Assembly: GCA_009914755.4 (NCBI GenBank)
Contig: CP086569.2
Location: forward strand, 19,872,001 to 19,936,000
Direction of reading: 5' to 3'
DNA length: 64,000 nt
DNA from: the human T2T-CHM13v2.0 reference genome, Homo sapiens
The notes beneath the pieces are model-generated. The model was not told the DNA's origin and made no database searches. It saw only the letters and a program-made list of their open reading frames with translations. The position numbers and the translations under genes are program-made. Below are positions 13,825-27,660 of the stretch, in pieces. Position 1 is the stretch's first letter; every line of letters starts with the position of its first letter.

Positions 13825-14108
13825 TTTTTTTGAGAAGGAGTCTCACTCTGTCTCCAGGCTGGAGTGTAGTAGCCAATCTCGGCTCACTACAACCTCTGCT
13901 TCCTGGGTTCAAGTGCTTCTCCTGCCTCAGCCTCCCGAGTAGCTGGGACTATAGGTACGCACCACGATGCCCAGCTAATTTTTCTATTTTTAGTAGAGAT
14001 GGTGTTTCATCTTGTTGGCCAGGATGGTCTCAATCTCCTGATCTCGTGATCCACCCACCGTGGCCTTCCAAAGTGCTGGGATTACAGGTGTGAGCCACCA
14101 TACCTGGC
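13825..14108 (-). mobile_element. Alu SINE preceded by a (TA)n/T-rich tract
   Basis: 'tatatatatatttttttgagaaggagtctcactctgtctccaggctggagtgtagtagcc', ending 'ggtgtgagccaccatacctggc'. Confidence 0.9.
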
Positions 14109-14964
14109 TATGTACATATTTTTCTATCAACCATTTATCCATCAATCTATCCATCTGTCCATCTATTTCTCTTACGTATATAAATACATATATAATCTCT
14201 ATGTCTTATATCGGTAACACGTATTTTTTCTTTAAATTTATACAACTACATTAATTAAATCCCACCTAATAAAAATTGTATTCTAAAACCTGGTGTAGTA
14301 GGAAGCTGAATAACCTGACCCTAGACCAAGGTACACATTGTGTGGCTGAAAATCACTTGGCTTCGTTAGACTTCATCTTTCTCCTACATACGACTAGGTA
14401 GCCAGCCTAAAAAATCTCAAAGGTGGCTTACAACCTTTGAATGCATTGGTTCCATGGAAGCAGGAGGTTTAAGCTCTGCCTGCAGGAGATTTTTGTAGAC
14501 TTCAGACAATCGGGGCAACATCAAAGTCAAGCACTCCCTGGTATAGTGTCTAACAGGGACCATGTAATTAGGGCATGTTTTATGTGAGACTGTGTTCAAG
14601 AGATGTACACATGAGAAAAAGGTGTTTTTTTCACAGCAGAGATAACATAATTGAGCTGTTTGGTATAGCGACTCAAAGCCACTGAAAGTTCTAATCAAAT
14701 GATTCCTCTGGCTTTCACTTTTTTAATGTATTTCACTGTTACTGCCTCTGGCAACTACCATTACAAGGGAGGAAACTTTGTTCCATGAAGAGGCTACTCC
14801 ATTTCATGAGCTCAAGTCAGATCAAAATAACAAGCTCTCCTACAATTCCAGTGTGTTTCCTGACCATTCCCATTCCCCTCTATGCTTGTCCAAAAATAGA
14901 CTGTCTTTCAAGTTATCACTTTCATTCACAGCCAATATGAAGGCCTCATAGAAAAACACTGATT

Positions 14965-15912
14965 TCCAAAAGCAACAGATGTTGGAAAGAACACAGAGAG
15001 AAGCGAATGCTTATACACTGTCGGTGAGAATATAAATTAGTACAACCTCTACGGAAAACAGTATGCAGATTTGTCAAAGAACTTAAAACAGAGCTAATTT
15101 TGACACAGCAACTCCACCACTGGCTATCTACCCAAACAAAAATGAACTATCATAGAAGGCACCTGTGGCCGGGAGCAGTGGGTCATGCTTATAATCCCAG
15201 CACTTTGATAGGTTGAGGCAGGTGGATCACTCAAGGTCAGGAGTTTGAGACAAGCCTGGCCAACATGACAAAAACCCATCTCTACTAACAATACAAAAAT
15301 TAGCCGGGGATGATGGCAGATGCCTATAATTGCAGCAACTTGGGAGGCTGAGGCAGGATAATCGCTTGAACCCAGAGGGTGGAGGTTGCAGTGAGCTGAG
15401 ATCATGCCACTTCACGATTTAGCAGCTTGTGTGAAAGAGCAAAATTCCATCAAAAAAAAAAAAAAAAGACACCTTCCTGTTTTATGTTTATTGCAGCACA
15501 ATTCACAATAGCAAAATCATGGAATGAACCTTAGTGTTTACTGGATAAAGAAAATGTGGTATACACACACCAAGGAATATTATGCATTTATAAAAGAAAA
15601 ATGAAACTGTATTTTGCACCAAGATAAATGCAGCTGCAGGCCAATATCCTACGTGAAAGAACTCAGAAACAGAAAATCAAATACCGTATGTTCCCACTTA
15701 AAAAGTGGAGCTAAACAATGGGTATTCATGTACCTATAAAATGGAATAACAGACCCTGGACACCTTAAAATGGGGAAAGGTGGGAGGGTGTGAGGGTTGA
15801 AAACTTACCTATCTGGTATTATGTTCACTGTTTGGGAGATAGATATACTAGAAGGCCAACACCCCTCACTAAGCAATATATCTTGCAACAAACCTGCAAA
15901 CTTATGGCCTGA
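14965..15912 (+). mobile_element. L1 3' region (end of ORF2 plus 3'UTR), split by an Alu at 15167-15466
   Basis: 'gcttatacactgtcggtgagaatataaattagtacaacctctacggaaaacagtatg' corresponds to ORF2 '[18 protein letters not shown]'. After the Alu come 'tttattgcagcacaattcacaatagcaaaatcatggaatgaacc' and 'gtatgttcccacttaaaagtggagctaaacaatgggtattcatg'. Confidence 0.8.
15167..15466 (+). mobile_element. Alu SINE inserted in the L1 above
   Basis: 'ggccgggagcagtgggtcatgcttataatcccagcactttgataggttgaggcaggtggatcac' through A16. L1 sequence continues on both sides. Confidence 0.9.
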
Positions 15913-16208
<296 letters not shown>

Positions 16209-16509
16209 AAATCTATTTGTTTTTTAAACACTGACTTCCATGGTCACTATTTGTCTGTGAAATCAATCCTCACAAACCAGTACTCACATGTTTTTTTGTT
16301 TATCAGATGAACTCTGTCACCCATACAACTCAGCTTGCAACCACCCCTGGCCACAACCAGTTTCCCCACACTGAGGTGAATGTTGGACATTACTATTTTA
16401 GACATTACCACCTATTCTGAAATTCCACATCAATTTATCTGAGAAACTCTGATGTTCTAGGGCAATTTAACTGGAAAAGATCAGCTGGAGTCATGCATCA
16501 TTTCTTTGC

Positions 16510-16849
<340 letters not shown>

Positions 16850-17070
16850 TAGTATCAAATTATTTATAAGGGTTGTATACTGGTTTCTCCAAGCATCTCT
16901 CCTTCACAACATCATTCCTTTCAAGAGCTGCTTCTTTTTTTCTAATTTAGCTCAGGAATTTAGAAGTTCCAACATAACGGGGCATCCAGTATTCACCCAC
17001 ACCACTTTTTGCAGGAATCCATATGGAGCCACTACCACCATCCCTGCAAACCTACTGCATAACCCAACAG

Positions 17071-17360
17071 GCCAAAGTGCAGTGCTCACACCTGTAATCC
17101 GAGTGCTTTGCAAGGCCATAGAGGAAGATCACTTGAGGTTAGAAGCCTGAGACCAGCTTGGGCAACATAGTGAGACCTCATTTCTACAAAAAAGTGTAAA
17201 ACAAAAGGGGACATGGTGGTGCATACCTGTAGTCCTAGCTATTCAGCAGGCTGAGGTAAGAAGATCACTTGAGTCCAGGAGATTTGAGGCTGAAGTGAGC
17301 TAGATTACGCCACTGCGCTCTAGTCTGGGCAGCAGAGAGAGACTCCATCTCTAAAAAGAC
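17071..17360 (+). mobile_element. Alu SINE
   Basis: 'ggccaaagtgcagtgctcacacctgtaatccgagtgctttgcaaggcc' through 'gccactgcgctctagtctgggcagcagagagagactccatctctaaaaag'. Confidence 0.85.
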
Positions 17361-17369
17361 AGATAAGAA

Positions 17370-17490
17370 GAAGGAGAAAGTGTAGGAGGAAAAAGAAACG
17401 AGAGGAGGGAAAGGGGGAGGAGGAGGAGGAATAAGATGAGGAAGAGGTGGAAGAGTAGAAGGGGGAGGAGAAGGAGGAGGAGGAGAATAC
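17370..17490 (+). repeat. GA-rich low-complexity tract, (GGAGGA)n-like
   Basis: 'gaaggagaaagtgtaggaggaaaaagaaacgagaggagggaaagggggaggaggaggaggaataagatgaggaagaggtggaagagtagaagggggaggagaaggaggaggaggag'. Confidence 0.9.
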
Positions 17491-17941
17491 TGCTTCTTCC
17501 TAGACCCAAAGTAAAAAGGATTTTAGTCTCATGTTGATGAGAAAGACACTGATATTTAATTAAGCAATATAAAAAGGATTGTTTTAGAACAGAGAATTAA
17601 AGAGAAAGTAAAATTAACATTGAGATAGGAGGACTGAAGACATCAACTGACTTCCAATCCCAATGAAGAGGAGAAAAAGATACAACTATATAGGTGGTAT
17701 ATCTACTTATCACAGAAGAAGCCTTTTGACAGCAAAATAGAATTCATACCTCTTAGGTTTTAAATTCCTATGGATGCTGTAGCAAATAACCATAATTGGG
17801 GTGGCTTAAAGTAACAGGTGTTTATTCTTTTCCAGTACTGGAAACAAGGAATCTGAGATCAAGGTGAGGGCTGGGCTGAGCTCCCCCTGGAAGCTCTAGG
17901 GGAGGATCTTTCCCGCCTCTTCCAGCTCTTGGTGGCTCCAG

Positions 17942-17998
17942 TCATGATTGCCCACTGCATTCCAAACTGGGAAACAGAGCAAGACCGCATCTCAAAAA
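17942..17998 (+). mobile_element. Alu 3'-terminal fragment
   Basis: 'attgcccactgcattccaaactgggaaacagagcaagaccgcatctcaaaaaataatagtaaataaataa'. Confidence 0.6.
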
Positions 17999-18892
17999 AT
18001 AATAGTAAATAAATAATTGTATACACACGAGAAAAAGAGAGAGAGAGGAGGGAGGCAGAGAGAGACAGTGTGTGTCAAACTTTGAGGCAAGGAAACTAAC
18101 CCCACTCCTTGACTGCAGATTCAACCCACATTCAGAAAACAAGGTTAGAATTACCATAGGGGCTTGAACTTTGCTAAACAATAGGCATAAGTAATCAATG
18201 ACCTGCCATCACTTAGCGTGTTTTCCTGTAAGTTGCTCACTGCACCAGAGTCATGTAACCAGGGATCACTAAAAGTATAATTTCCTGAACCACTCCTATA
18301 GATAACATTACTATTGTAAAACCCAAGAATGGTCTTTGAAACATTTTTCAGATCTAGCATTTTGACAGACCAAGAGATGCTACCTGGTCCTGAGATATCC
18401 TCTCCTGGGTCGGGCACAAAGAAAGTTTTAGACACTCCTTCGATTTCATCCCCAGCCAACCAATTGTTGCAAGTGTTGCAGTTCCCTAGCCTTCTGACCA
18501 CCAAAGTACCTTCAAAAACCACAGTTTCCAACTTTTCAGGGAGACGGATTTGATAAATCTCTCCTATTCCCCTCACTTAGCTGCCCCTGCAATTATTAAC
18601 CTCCTTCTTTGCTGCAACATCCGCTGTTAGCAGTGTGTTGGGTTTTCAGGGAGCAGCAGACAAGAAGAAACCCTCAGGCTGTAACACTCTCCTGCACGCC
18701 TTTCCATGGAATCATAAATGTCCTTTCTCTCCTACCATATTCTTTAAATATTTATGTCACAACATTTGGTTTAAGAAATCATCAGTGTTTCCATTATAAT
18801 GATGATTTCAATGATATTCAAAGATCAACCAGTGACTACAATGATTATGTCTTCTTCTTTTTTTTTTCTTTTTCCTAGAGTTAGTAATTCCC

Positions 18893-19185
18893 TTTTTTTT
18901 TTTTTTTTTGAAACAAAATCTCACCCTTGCAATGGTGCAATCTCGGCTCACTGCAACCTCCACCTCTCAGGTTCAAGCAATTGTCCTGCTGCAGCCTCCT
19001 GAGCAGCTGGGAGTACAGGTGCCTACCACCATGCCCAGTTAATTTTTTTTTTTTTTTTGTATTTTTAGTAGAGACGGGGTTTCACCGTGTTGGCTAGCCT
19101 GGTCTCGAACTTCGGACTTCAGGTGATCCGTCTGCCTCAGCCTCTCAAATTACTGAGATTACAGGCATGAGCCATCACACCTGGT
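18893..19185 (-). mobile_element. Alu SINE
   Basis: Poly-T then 'gaaacaaaatctcacccttgcaatggtgcaatctcggctcactgcaacctcc', ending 'gattacaggcatgagccatcacacctggtc'. Confidence 0.9.
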
Positions 19186-19261
19186 CTTCTTCTGTATCAC
19201 TTAAAAAGAAAACAGTCATAATCCACTAAGCTGATTTCATGACCAATTAAGAGATAACAAG

Positions 19262-19437
19262 AGCTGGGATTACAGGTGTGAGCCACCACAATCATCCTAG
19301 TTTTTGTATCTTGAATACAGATGGAGATTCATCAGGTTGGCTAGGCTGGTGACCTCAAACTCCTGACCTTAAGTGATCCTCCTGCCTTGGACTCCCAAAG
19401 TGCCAGGATTACAGGAATGAGCCACTAAACCCAGCCT
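19262..19437 (-). mobile_element. Alu half-element (left monomer, FLAM-like), reverse orientation
   Basis: 'agctgggattacaggtgtgagccaccac...gtttttgtatcttgaatacagatggagattcatcaggttggctaggctggtgacctcaaactcctgacc...ccaaagtgccaggattacaggaatgagccactaaacccagcc'. Confidence 0.7.
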
Positions 19438-19614
19438 GTGTCTGGTCAGAAAGGTCTTAAAAACACCACCTTAGTACAGACACTCTACATAAACTTTCAT
19501 ATGTAAGATGTAATTTAGAAAAAATGTCCATAATGGATTTATGATGAAAGCAAAATTGTGGACATGTTGATAAACACAATGTTTCTTTGTTCTTTGTTTT
19601 CTTTGTGTATGTAA

Positions 19615-19845
<231 letters not shown>

Positions 19846-19848
19846 TAG

Positions 19849-20034
<186 letters not shown>

Positions 20035-20064
20035 TAAAAAAAAAAAAAAAATCATTAAAAGTAG

Positions 20065-20190
<126 letters not shown>

Positions 20191-20771
20191 TAAAAGCAGG
20201 CACTCTGACTTAAGGTGCTGTTCCTGAGGCCCAAAAGTGTTTGTCAGACTTGTGCAAAGTCATGTATGGAAGTTGGAGACGGGCTCATCATTTTAAACTT
20301 AATCCAGGCCATGGCCAGGTGGACCCCGAGATGAGTCCACTCTGAGGCTGCAGCTCAGGCTGCCTGTGCCCCATACTTCCCACAGATGCAGGGTCACTGC
20401 ACCCTTCCAAAGCTGACAGTGCAGCCCATGCTCATAGCCTTTCTGCCTTCCCTTCCCGCCCTGTCCTGGGAGTTCACCCAAGCCCTCTGTGGCCCCCACC
20501 CAAGGCGTGTTTCTTGGTCTGCTCCTCCCATGCCCATTCTGGCTTCCCTGTACCATGCGGGGCAAACAATAGGTGCTCACTGGGGAGTGAAGGAAATGCC
20601 CATCACTTAGTGGCTGCTGAGGGGCTGAGAACTGAAACTTTGTTTAGGTTTTCTTCTGTATTTTCCATCAGTGCCTTTGGTTTAAACTTTTTAGTAAAAT
20701 CTTTATTTTCATGAAGGTTGAAAGATCATCTAGCAAAACCTTTTTTCCCAGCTATATATAAGGTATTTTAA

Positions 20772-21255
<484 letters not shown>

Positions 21256-21336
21256 GTCCATTAATGAAGAAGGATGTTTTTTACTAATGACATTTTACTA
21301 GCCAACGTCGTTTTAGCCTTTTCCCATTAAGTGAAT

Positions 21337-21617
21337 TTTTTTTTTCTCTATTGCCTAGGCTAGAGTGCAGTGGTGCTATCTTGGGGCTCACTGAAGCCTC
21401 CAACTCCTGGGTTCAAGTGATTCTCCTGCCTCAGCCTCCTGAGTAGCTGGTACTATAGGTACCTGCCACCATGCCCAGCTAATAATTTTTGTATTTTTAG
21501 TAGAGATAGGGTTTCACCATGTTGGCCAGGATGGTCTAGATCTGTTGACCTCATGATCTACCCATCTGGGTCTCCCAAAGTGCTGAGATTACAGGGGTGA
21601 GCTACAGAGTCCAGCCA
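21337..21617 (-). mobile_element. Alu SINE
   Basis: 'tttttttttctctattgcctaggctagagtgcagtggtgctatc', ending 'gagattacaggggtgagctacagagtccagcc'. Confidence 0.85.
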
Positions 21618-21744
21618 TTTTTTTTTCTTAGTGCAATAAATGATCCTCCAGAAAACTAAAAAATGAAGATAAGCTAAAAGAAAATGGAAAGAACCATAAT
21701 CCTCCCACTCACTGATGATCACAGTTAATATCTCAGGTGTCATT

Positions 21745-22045
21745 TTTTTTCTTTATTTTTATTTTGAGACAGAGTTTCATTCTGTCTCCCAGGTGGAGTG
21801 CAGTGGTGCAATCACAGCTCACCGCAGTCTTGACTTCCTCGTTCCAAATAATCCTCTCACATAAGTCTCCTGAGTAGTTCAGAATATAGGCGTGTGCCAC
21901 CATGCCCAGCCAACTTTAATTTTTTGTAGGGATGGGGTCTCACTATGTCATCTGGTCTGGTCTTCAACTCTTGGGCTCAAGTTACCCTCCCTTCTCAGCT
22001 TCCCACAGTGTTGGAATTATAGGCATGAACCACCATGTCCAGCCC
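21745..22045 (-). mobile_element. Alu SINE
   Basis: 'ttttattttgagacagagtttcattctgtctcccaggtggagtgcagtggtgcaatc', ending 'ggaattataggcatgaaccaccatgtccagcc'. Confidence 0.85.
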
Positions 22046-22195
22046 TGTTTTCTTCTTTATGTGGGTTTCTGGGGATAGGTTACATAGGGGCTATTCATTA
22101 TTGTTTGTGGTTTTTCTGACACAATTCTCATTTAAACATCATTGTTATTATCAAATTGGCTTTAGCTACATTGGATTTTTTGGGGTGATTTTTTT

Positions 22196-22198
<3 letters not shown>

Positions 22199-22227
<29 letters not shown>

Positions 22228-22263
22228 GAAACAGTCTTGCTCTGTCGCCCAGGCTGGAGTACA
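22199..22263 (-). mobile_element. About 65-bp Alu tail fragment (poly-T plus the first ~40 bp) abutting the Tigger terminus
   Basis: T28 then 'gaaacagtcttgctctgtcgcccaggctggagtacagt'. It stops abruptly at 'aagcccttgaacaacat'. Confidence 0.75.
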
Positions 22264-23310
22264 GTAAGCCCTTGAACAACATAGGTTGGAACTGTGTAGG
22301 TCCTCTTACATATGAATTTTCTTCAATAAATATATTAGAAAACTTTTTGGGAATTTGTTGACAATTTGAAAAAACCTGAAGATGAACCACATAGCCTAGA
22401 AATATTTTTTTGAATATTTAAAGGTTGGTGTAACATGAGAGCATAAAATATATGTAGAAGTCATCTGTCACTACTATAAAATATACATAGATCTATAAAC
22501 TTATACATAAATATATAAATACATATATCATAAAATTATAAAAAGCTAAAAGTAAAATAAACACACACACACAGACAGTACATGCCATCTTCTGCAGTCC
22601 AGAGAAATGCAAACAATCATGAAGATGACATATTAATTCCTAACTGTATCAAACTAATTGTAGTACGTTCTGTGCTACTGGAATAATGGCATAGCCATCT
22701 CCTGTTGTGAGATGCAAGGGTCCACTGAAAATGCCATGTGGAACTAATGATCTCTGTGTGAGCAGTTCTCCGCTCCAAGACACTGTGAAGCACAGTAACA
22801 AGTGCTTGCTTATGGTGCTCACATATTTTGCATTGTGTTTAGTGCAATACCATGATGTGAACATTGAATAACACCATGCGACCCATAAGAAGTGCCTCTG
22901 ATGATGCTGGAAATGCTCCCAAGAAGTACACAAAAGTCATGATGTTAGAAGAAAAAGCTAAATGCTTAGTATGTGTGGTAGATTGAAGTCTGCAGCTTGT
23001 AGCTGCCCATGATTTCAGACAGACAATTCACCTTGTAAACAGATGATTTCCACTTGTGCTATCAATAAATACAGTATAAGCATATTATATCTAATGTATG
23101 ATTTTCTTAATAATCTTTTCATAAGCTAACTTTAAGGATACAGTATGTAATATATATGACACATAAAATATGTGTTAATCAAATGTCTGTTATCAGTAAG
23201 GCTTGCAGTAAGTAGTAGGCTATTAATAATTAATTCTGTAGGAAGTTAAAAGTTTATATAAAGATGTCTGACTGCATGCGGGATGTTGCCCTTGATTGCT
23301 ATTTTGTACA
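22262..23310 (+). mobile_element. Tigger2-like pogo/Tc1-mariner DNA transposon remnant, internally deleted to about 1 kb
   Basis: 5' terminus 'cagtaagcccttgaacaacataggttggaactgtgtaggtcctcttacatatgaattttcttcaataaata' matches what I recall of the Tigger2 TIR ('cagttgacccttgaacaacacgggtttgaactgcgcgggtccacttatacgcggattttt'). Plus-frame 'MRPIRSASDDAGNAPKKYTKVMMLEEKAKCL' resembles the pogo-type transposase N-terminus. The 3' part ('acagtatgtaatatatatgacacataaaatatgtgttaatcaaatgtctgttatcagtaaggcttgcagtaagtagtaggctattaataattaa') matches the Tigger2 tail. The 3' boundary is uncertain. Confidence 0.65.
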
Positions 23311-25793
23311 ATATAAAGGGTGGGTGAGGGAAACAAGTCTATTCAACGACAAAAAGGTCTTTTCAAGGACAAGACCAGTTGAAAGCTATGAAATTACTAT
23401 TCTTAGAAGGACTGATCCTTTATTGTAATTATCAGCAAAATGAGGGAATAGAGGTAATAGTCTTCATTTATTAGTTGGATACTGAATAAATTTGGATTAG
23501 ACAGAATCTGTTGTCCCTGTAAAGAAAGATGAACTGGTGAAGGAAAGACAGTTGGATCAGAAATTAAAGGACAGTGGAAAAGTTTGAAAGCACTGCCATC
23601 AGTAAGAAGAACCACAGTTGATTATACCTTATAACAAGGATTACAGGGAACACTGAGAACCAAGCTGAAACTGGTAACCATCAATTCAATTAGTATTTCC
23701 CATCCCTGACCTGCATTCTGAGGGATGTAGAATAATTCATTTTCCACACTTACTTTTTTAAAATTTCAGCAATCATATGTTTCTTAGAGTTATGTTACAC
23801 CTGACTTTTTTCATAGCTTCTGTTTTTATTTAGGTTGCTAGTAACATCCTCTCAGATTTCTTTAAATATATTAGGTATGTGAATTTATTCTGTCCTGTTC
23901 CTGAACACCTCAGTCTCGCCTGCTCTGGCTCAGCTTTTACATTTGTGTTGGTCATTGTCTTTACTGTTGATTCTACACATGCATTCCAATGATCCTTTCA
24001 GAAAAGGGGCAGCATAGCTGAAGGGTTTCCTCATGTTTTCTGCACAGAACTCTTGTCTGCCATATTTTTCTTAAGAAGGGCTGGAGAGTGGTATGTCATG
24101 GTCTATCGCTTAAAAAAAACAAACTCACACCAAGACCAATGGAGCAGAACAGAGCCCTCAGAAATAATGCCACACATCTACAACCATCTGATCTTTGACA
24201 AACCTGACAAAAATAAGCAATAGGGAAATGACTCTCTATTTAATAAATGGTGTTGGGGAAACTGGCTAGCCATATGTAGAATGCTGAACCTGGATCCCTT
24301 CCTTACACTTTATACAAAAATTTAATCAAGATGGATTAAAGACTTAAATATAAGACCTAAAACCATAAAAACCCTAGAAAAAAACCTAGGCAATACCATT
24401 CAGGACATTTGTATGGGCAAAGACTTCATGACTAAAACACCAAAAGCAATGGCAACAAAAGCCAAAATAAATAAATGGGATCTGATTAAACTAAAGAGCT
24501 TCTTCACAGCAAAAGAAACTGATTATCAGAGTGAGTAGGCAACCTACAGAATGGAAGAAAATTTTTGTAATCTATCCATCTGACAAAGGGCTAATATCCA
24601 GAATCCACAAAGAACTTAAACAGATTTACAAGGAAAAAACAACCCCATCAGAAAGTGGGCGAAAGATATGAACAGACACTTCACAAAAGAAGATATTTAT
24701 GTGGCCAACAAACATATGAAAAAAAGCTCATCATCACTGGTCATTAGAGAAATGAAATCAAAACCATAATGAGATACCATCTTATGCCAGTTAGAATGGC
24801 GATCATGAAAAAGAGAACAACAGATGCTGGACATGATGTGGAGAAATAGGAATGCTTTTACACTGTTGGTGGGAGTGTGAATTAGTTCAATCATTGTGGA
24901 AGACAGTGTGACGATTCCTCAAGGATCCACAACTAGAAATACCATTTGACCCAGCAATCCCATTACTGGGTATATACCCAAAGGAATATAAATCATTCTA
25001 CTATAAAGACACGTGCACATGTATATTTATTGCAGCACTGTTCACAATAGCAAAGACTTGGAACCAACCCAAATGCCCATCAATGATATACTGGATAAAG
25101 TAAATTTGGGACATATGCAACACAGAATTCTTTTTTTTTTTTTTCTTTCAGCCATTTCTTTTTATTTACAGTTTGTGTTCAATGCAAATCAATTCCATAA
25201 GAAGTTACTATGAATCAAAGCGTAAATACACAAACACAATATACAATCCAAAATAGATGTACAGCATTCTGGAATAAAGCAAAAGAGTGTTCATTCACAC
25301 ACACAGTAGCTTCAAAACGGTTCGATCTGTTTGTTCTCATGTAGTTTTGTAAAGATGGAAAAAAAGGACTTTGGTCATCAAGACTACTGTGGCCATATTA
25401 GATTACTGGAACATCTAAGCATCAGTGTGTGACCATGCGAACAAAAGACTTCGGGGAGTGTCTATTTTTAAAAAGGTTTCTGTGTTTCGAGGCAGTTGTA
25501 AAAGATTTACTGCAGAATCAAGCCCACTTTTAGGCTTAGGACCAGGTTCTAACTATCTAAAAATATTGACTGATAACAAAAAGTATTCCAAATGTGGCTA
25601 TTCTGATCCATAGTTGTTTTTTAAAGAAAAAAAAGTATATACAGAAAGAGTATAAAAGTTTGTGAATTTAATGCAAATTAGCTTCCAGTCTTCACTTCCC
25701 AAATACTTGATTTGTAGTTTTGACTCCTTTACATTTTTGCCTTCTTAATTTCAAGATTTGCAATTTTGCCTTCAAAACAGATCTTTTTTTTTA

Positions 25794-26160
<367 letters not shown>

Positions 26161-26970
26161 TCAATGCAATTCTACTCTTTGGAATCCGTTTAGCTAAATG
26201 AATGTAGTGCTCTTGTTGAATGGAAATAGGTGATAGGAAATGCCTACCATTTGACTCAATATGGATAATCAAGAGTTGCTCAGGCTGCTTGGATCTGGGG
26301 GTAGATTCTCATTCATCATTGCCCTGGCACATGTCAATTACTACATAAAAGGTCAAACGCAATGTCAAATCCAAAGCCTCAGGAGGAAAGTGAGTTCAGT
26401 TCCCAAGAGAACAGCAATAGCTCAACAATGTAAAACTTCATCTAGAGTATATCGGCATTAAATAAGTGCTGCCGAAACAATACGTTGAGGAATTACAGTA
26501 ACACCTGGAAGTTCCTTCTCATGTACATATAAATAGAATCATGGAAGCTTTTTATATTACCTGTTTTATGGCCTTATAGAATTAATGAACCAAATGAAAA
26601 CTGAATCTCCATTCCACAATCACATCCTTTATTTCTATTCTTATTTTCAAGGTAGTATTAAGTGTCCATATTTCTCAAGCCACATTCAAGGAAATCATGT
26701 CTTAACTATTTTGGATGTTGCCTCTCCTTCATCTTGTACATGAAACTCCAGCAGATTTAATATTGGCATCCATCATCTAGTCAAACCTCTCACATGTTCT
26801 TCAAATCAATCAAATTTGGGATTCTCAACATTTTCTGTGTCAATAAAAGGTGTGGAATTAGTAGATTCGATGAAGACCTGTTTTTCCTTGCCACATTGGA
26901 CTTCCAGACGCCATTTGGATTGGGTTTAGAAGATGGGGAAGTTTAGAAGACGTTTCTTGGCCTGAGTCTC

Positions 26971-27213
26971 TTAAGAGTAGAGATGCAGAAGAGAGAGTGA
27001 GACCACGAAGAGACTGGCTGTTGACTGCAGGGCACCACCAGCCGCCTTGGTGGTGGCATTAGTTGGATTTGGGGCCAACCCAGTGTTGGAAGTACTCTGG
27101 GAGGAGTTACTTGAAGTTCCAGTTGTTGTTTCACTGGAATAAATCTGCGTGGGTAGGAGCAGTGCCAGCAGCAGCAGCCCCAGCCCAAGCCTGGCCACCA
27201 TTGCTCTGCCCAT
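26971..27213 (-). CDS. CD24: Intact 80-aa CD24-type ORF: signal peptide, a short Ser/Thr/Asn-rich mucin-like core and a GPI-attachment tail, inside the retrocopy
   Basis: Translation '[80 protein letters not shown]'. From memory this equals human CD24 (P25063) except perhaps one residue (T where I remember S in 'SNSGLAPN'). No intron, frameshift or stop. Whether it is expressed is unknown. Confidence 0.85.
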   Translation of the reverse strand: MGRAMVARLGLGLLLLALLLPTQIYSSETTTGTSSNSSQSTSNTGLAPNPTNATTKAAGGALQSTASLFVVSLSLLHLYS

Positions 27214-27660
27214 GTCCCCTACGTCGGTGCGCGGCGCGTCTAGCAGGATGCTGGGTGCTTGGAGAACCGCTGGCTCCGGGCGGGCGCAGGCAAGGTGGGG
27301 AGCGCGGCGAGCCGGCGAGACCCTGGCCGACGGGACCCGGGCGCCGCCTAGCGCGAACCCTTCCCGGCTGGTCGGCGCTCCTCGCAGGCGGTGTCCCGGT
27401 CCGGAGCGATCTGCGCGCTCGGCCCCGCGGCCGCGCCCTCCCCGAAGCCCTTGCTTTGTTCTGTGAGCGCCTCGTGTCAGCCAGGCGCAGTGAGCTCACG
27501 GGGGCGTCCCGGGTCCGCATCCTCCCAGGAGCTGGGGAGCCGCTCGCTGGGCGCGGACCCGCTGCCTGACGCTGCAAACTACACGGTTTCGGTCCCCCGC
27601 GCTCCTGCCTGCGGCGGGCGAGGAGGAGACGGCCCACCCTAAGGGGACCCCCTCCGCGGC
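27140..27660 (-). promoter_or_regulatory. CpG-dense, GC-rich block (5' leader of the CD24 retrocopy). It looks like a CpG island but has no demonstrated promoter function
   Basis: Many CpG dinucleotides in about 500 bp ('gcgcggcgcgtctagcagg', 'gggcgcaggcaaggtggggagcgcggcgagccggcgagaccctggccgacgggacccgggcgccgcctagcgcgaacc', 'cggccccgcggccgcgccctccccgaagc') against an AT-rich background. This also explains the Arg/Pro/Ala-rich overlapping ORFs at 27063-27642 on both strands. Confidence 0.6.

Noticed and set aside
18151-18576. 141-aa minus-strand ORF in non-repeat sequence ('MRGIGEIYQIRLPEKLETVVFEGTLVVRRLGNCNTCNNWLAGDEIEG...')
   Set aside because: I recognise no protein family in it. Its codon composition is unremarkable and no splice-site context can be verified by eye. 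In a mammalian genome an isolated 141-codon open frame is expected by chance. It needs BLAST or RNA evidence before any call.
27063-27642. Three long overlapping ORFs on both strands (168, 168 and 105 aa), rich in Arg, Pro, Ala and Gly
   Set aside because: They sit entirely in the CpG/GC-rich 5' leader of the CD24 retrocopy. The high GC removes stop codons in all frames, the composition is that of a translated CpG island, and there is no recognisable domain.
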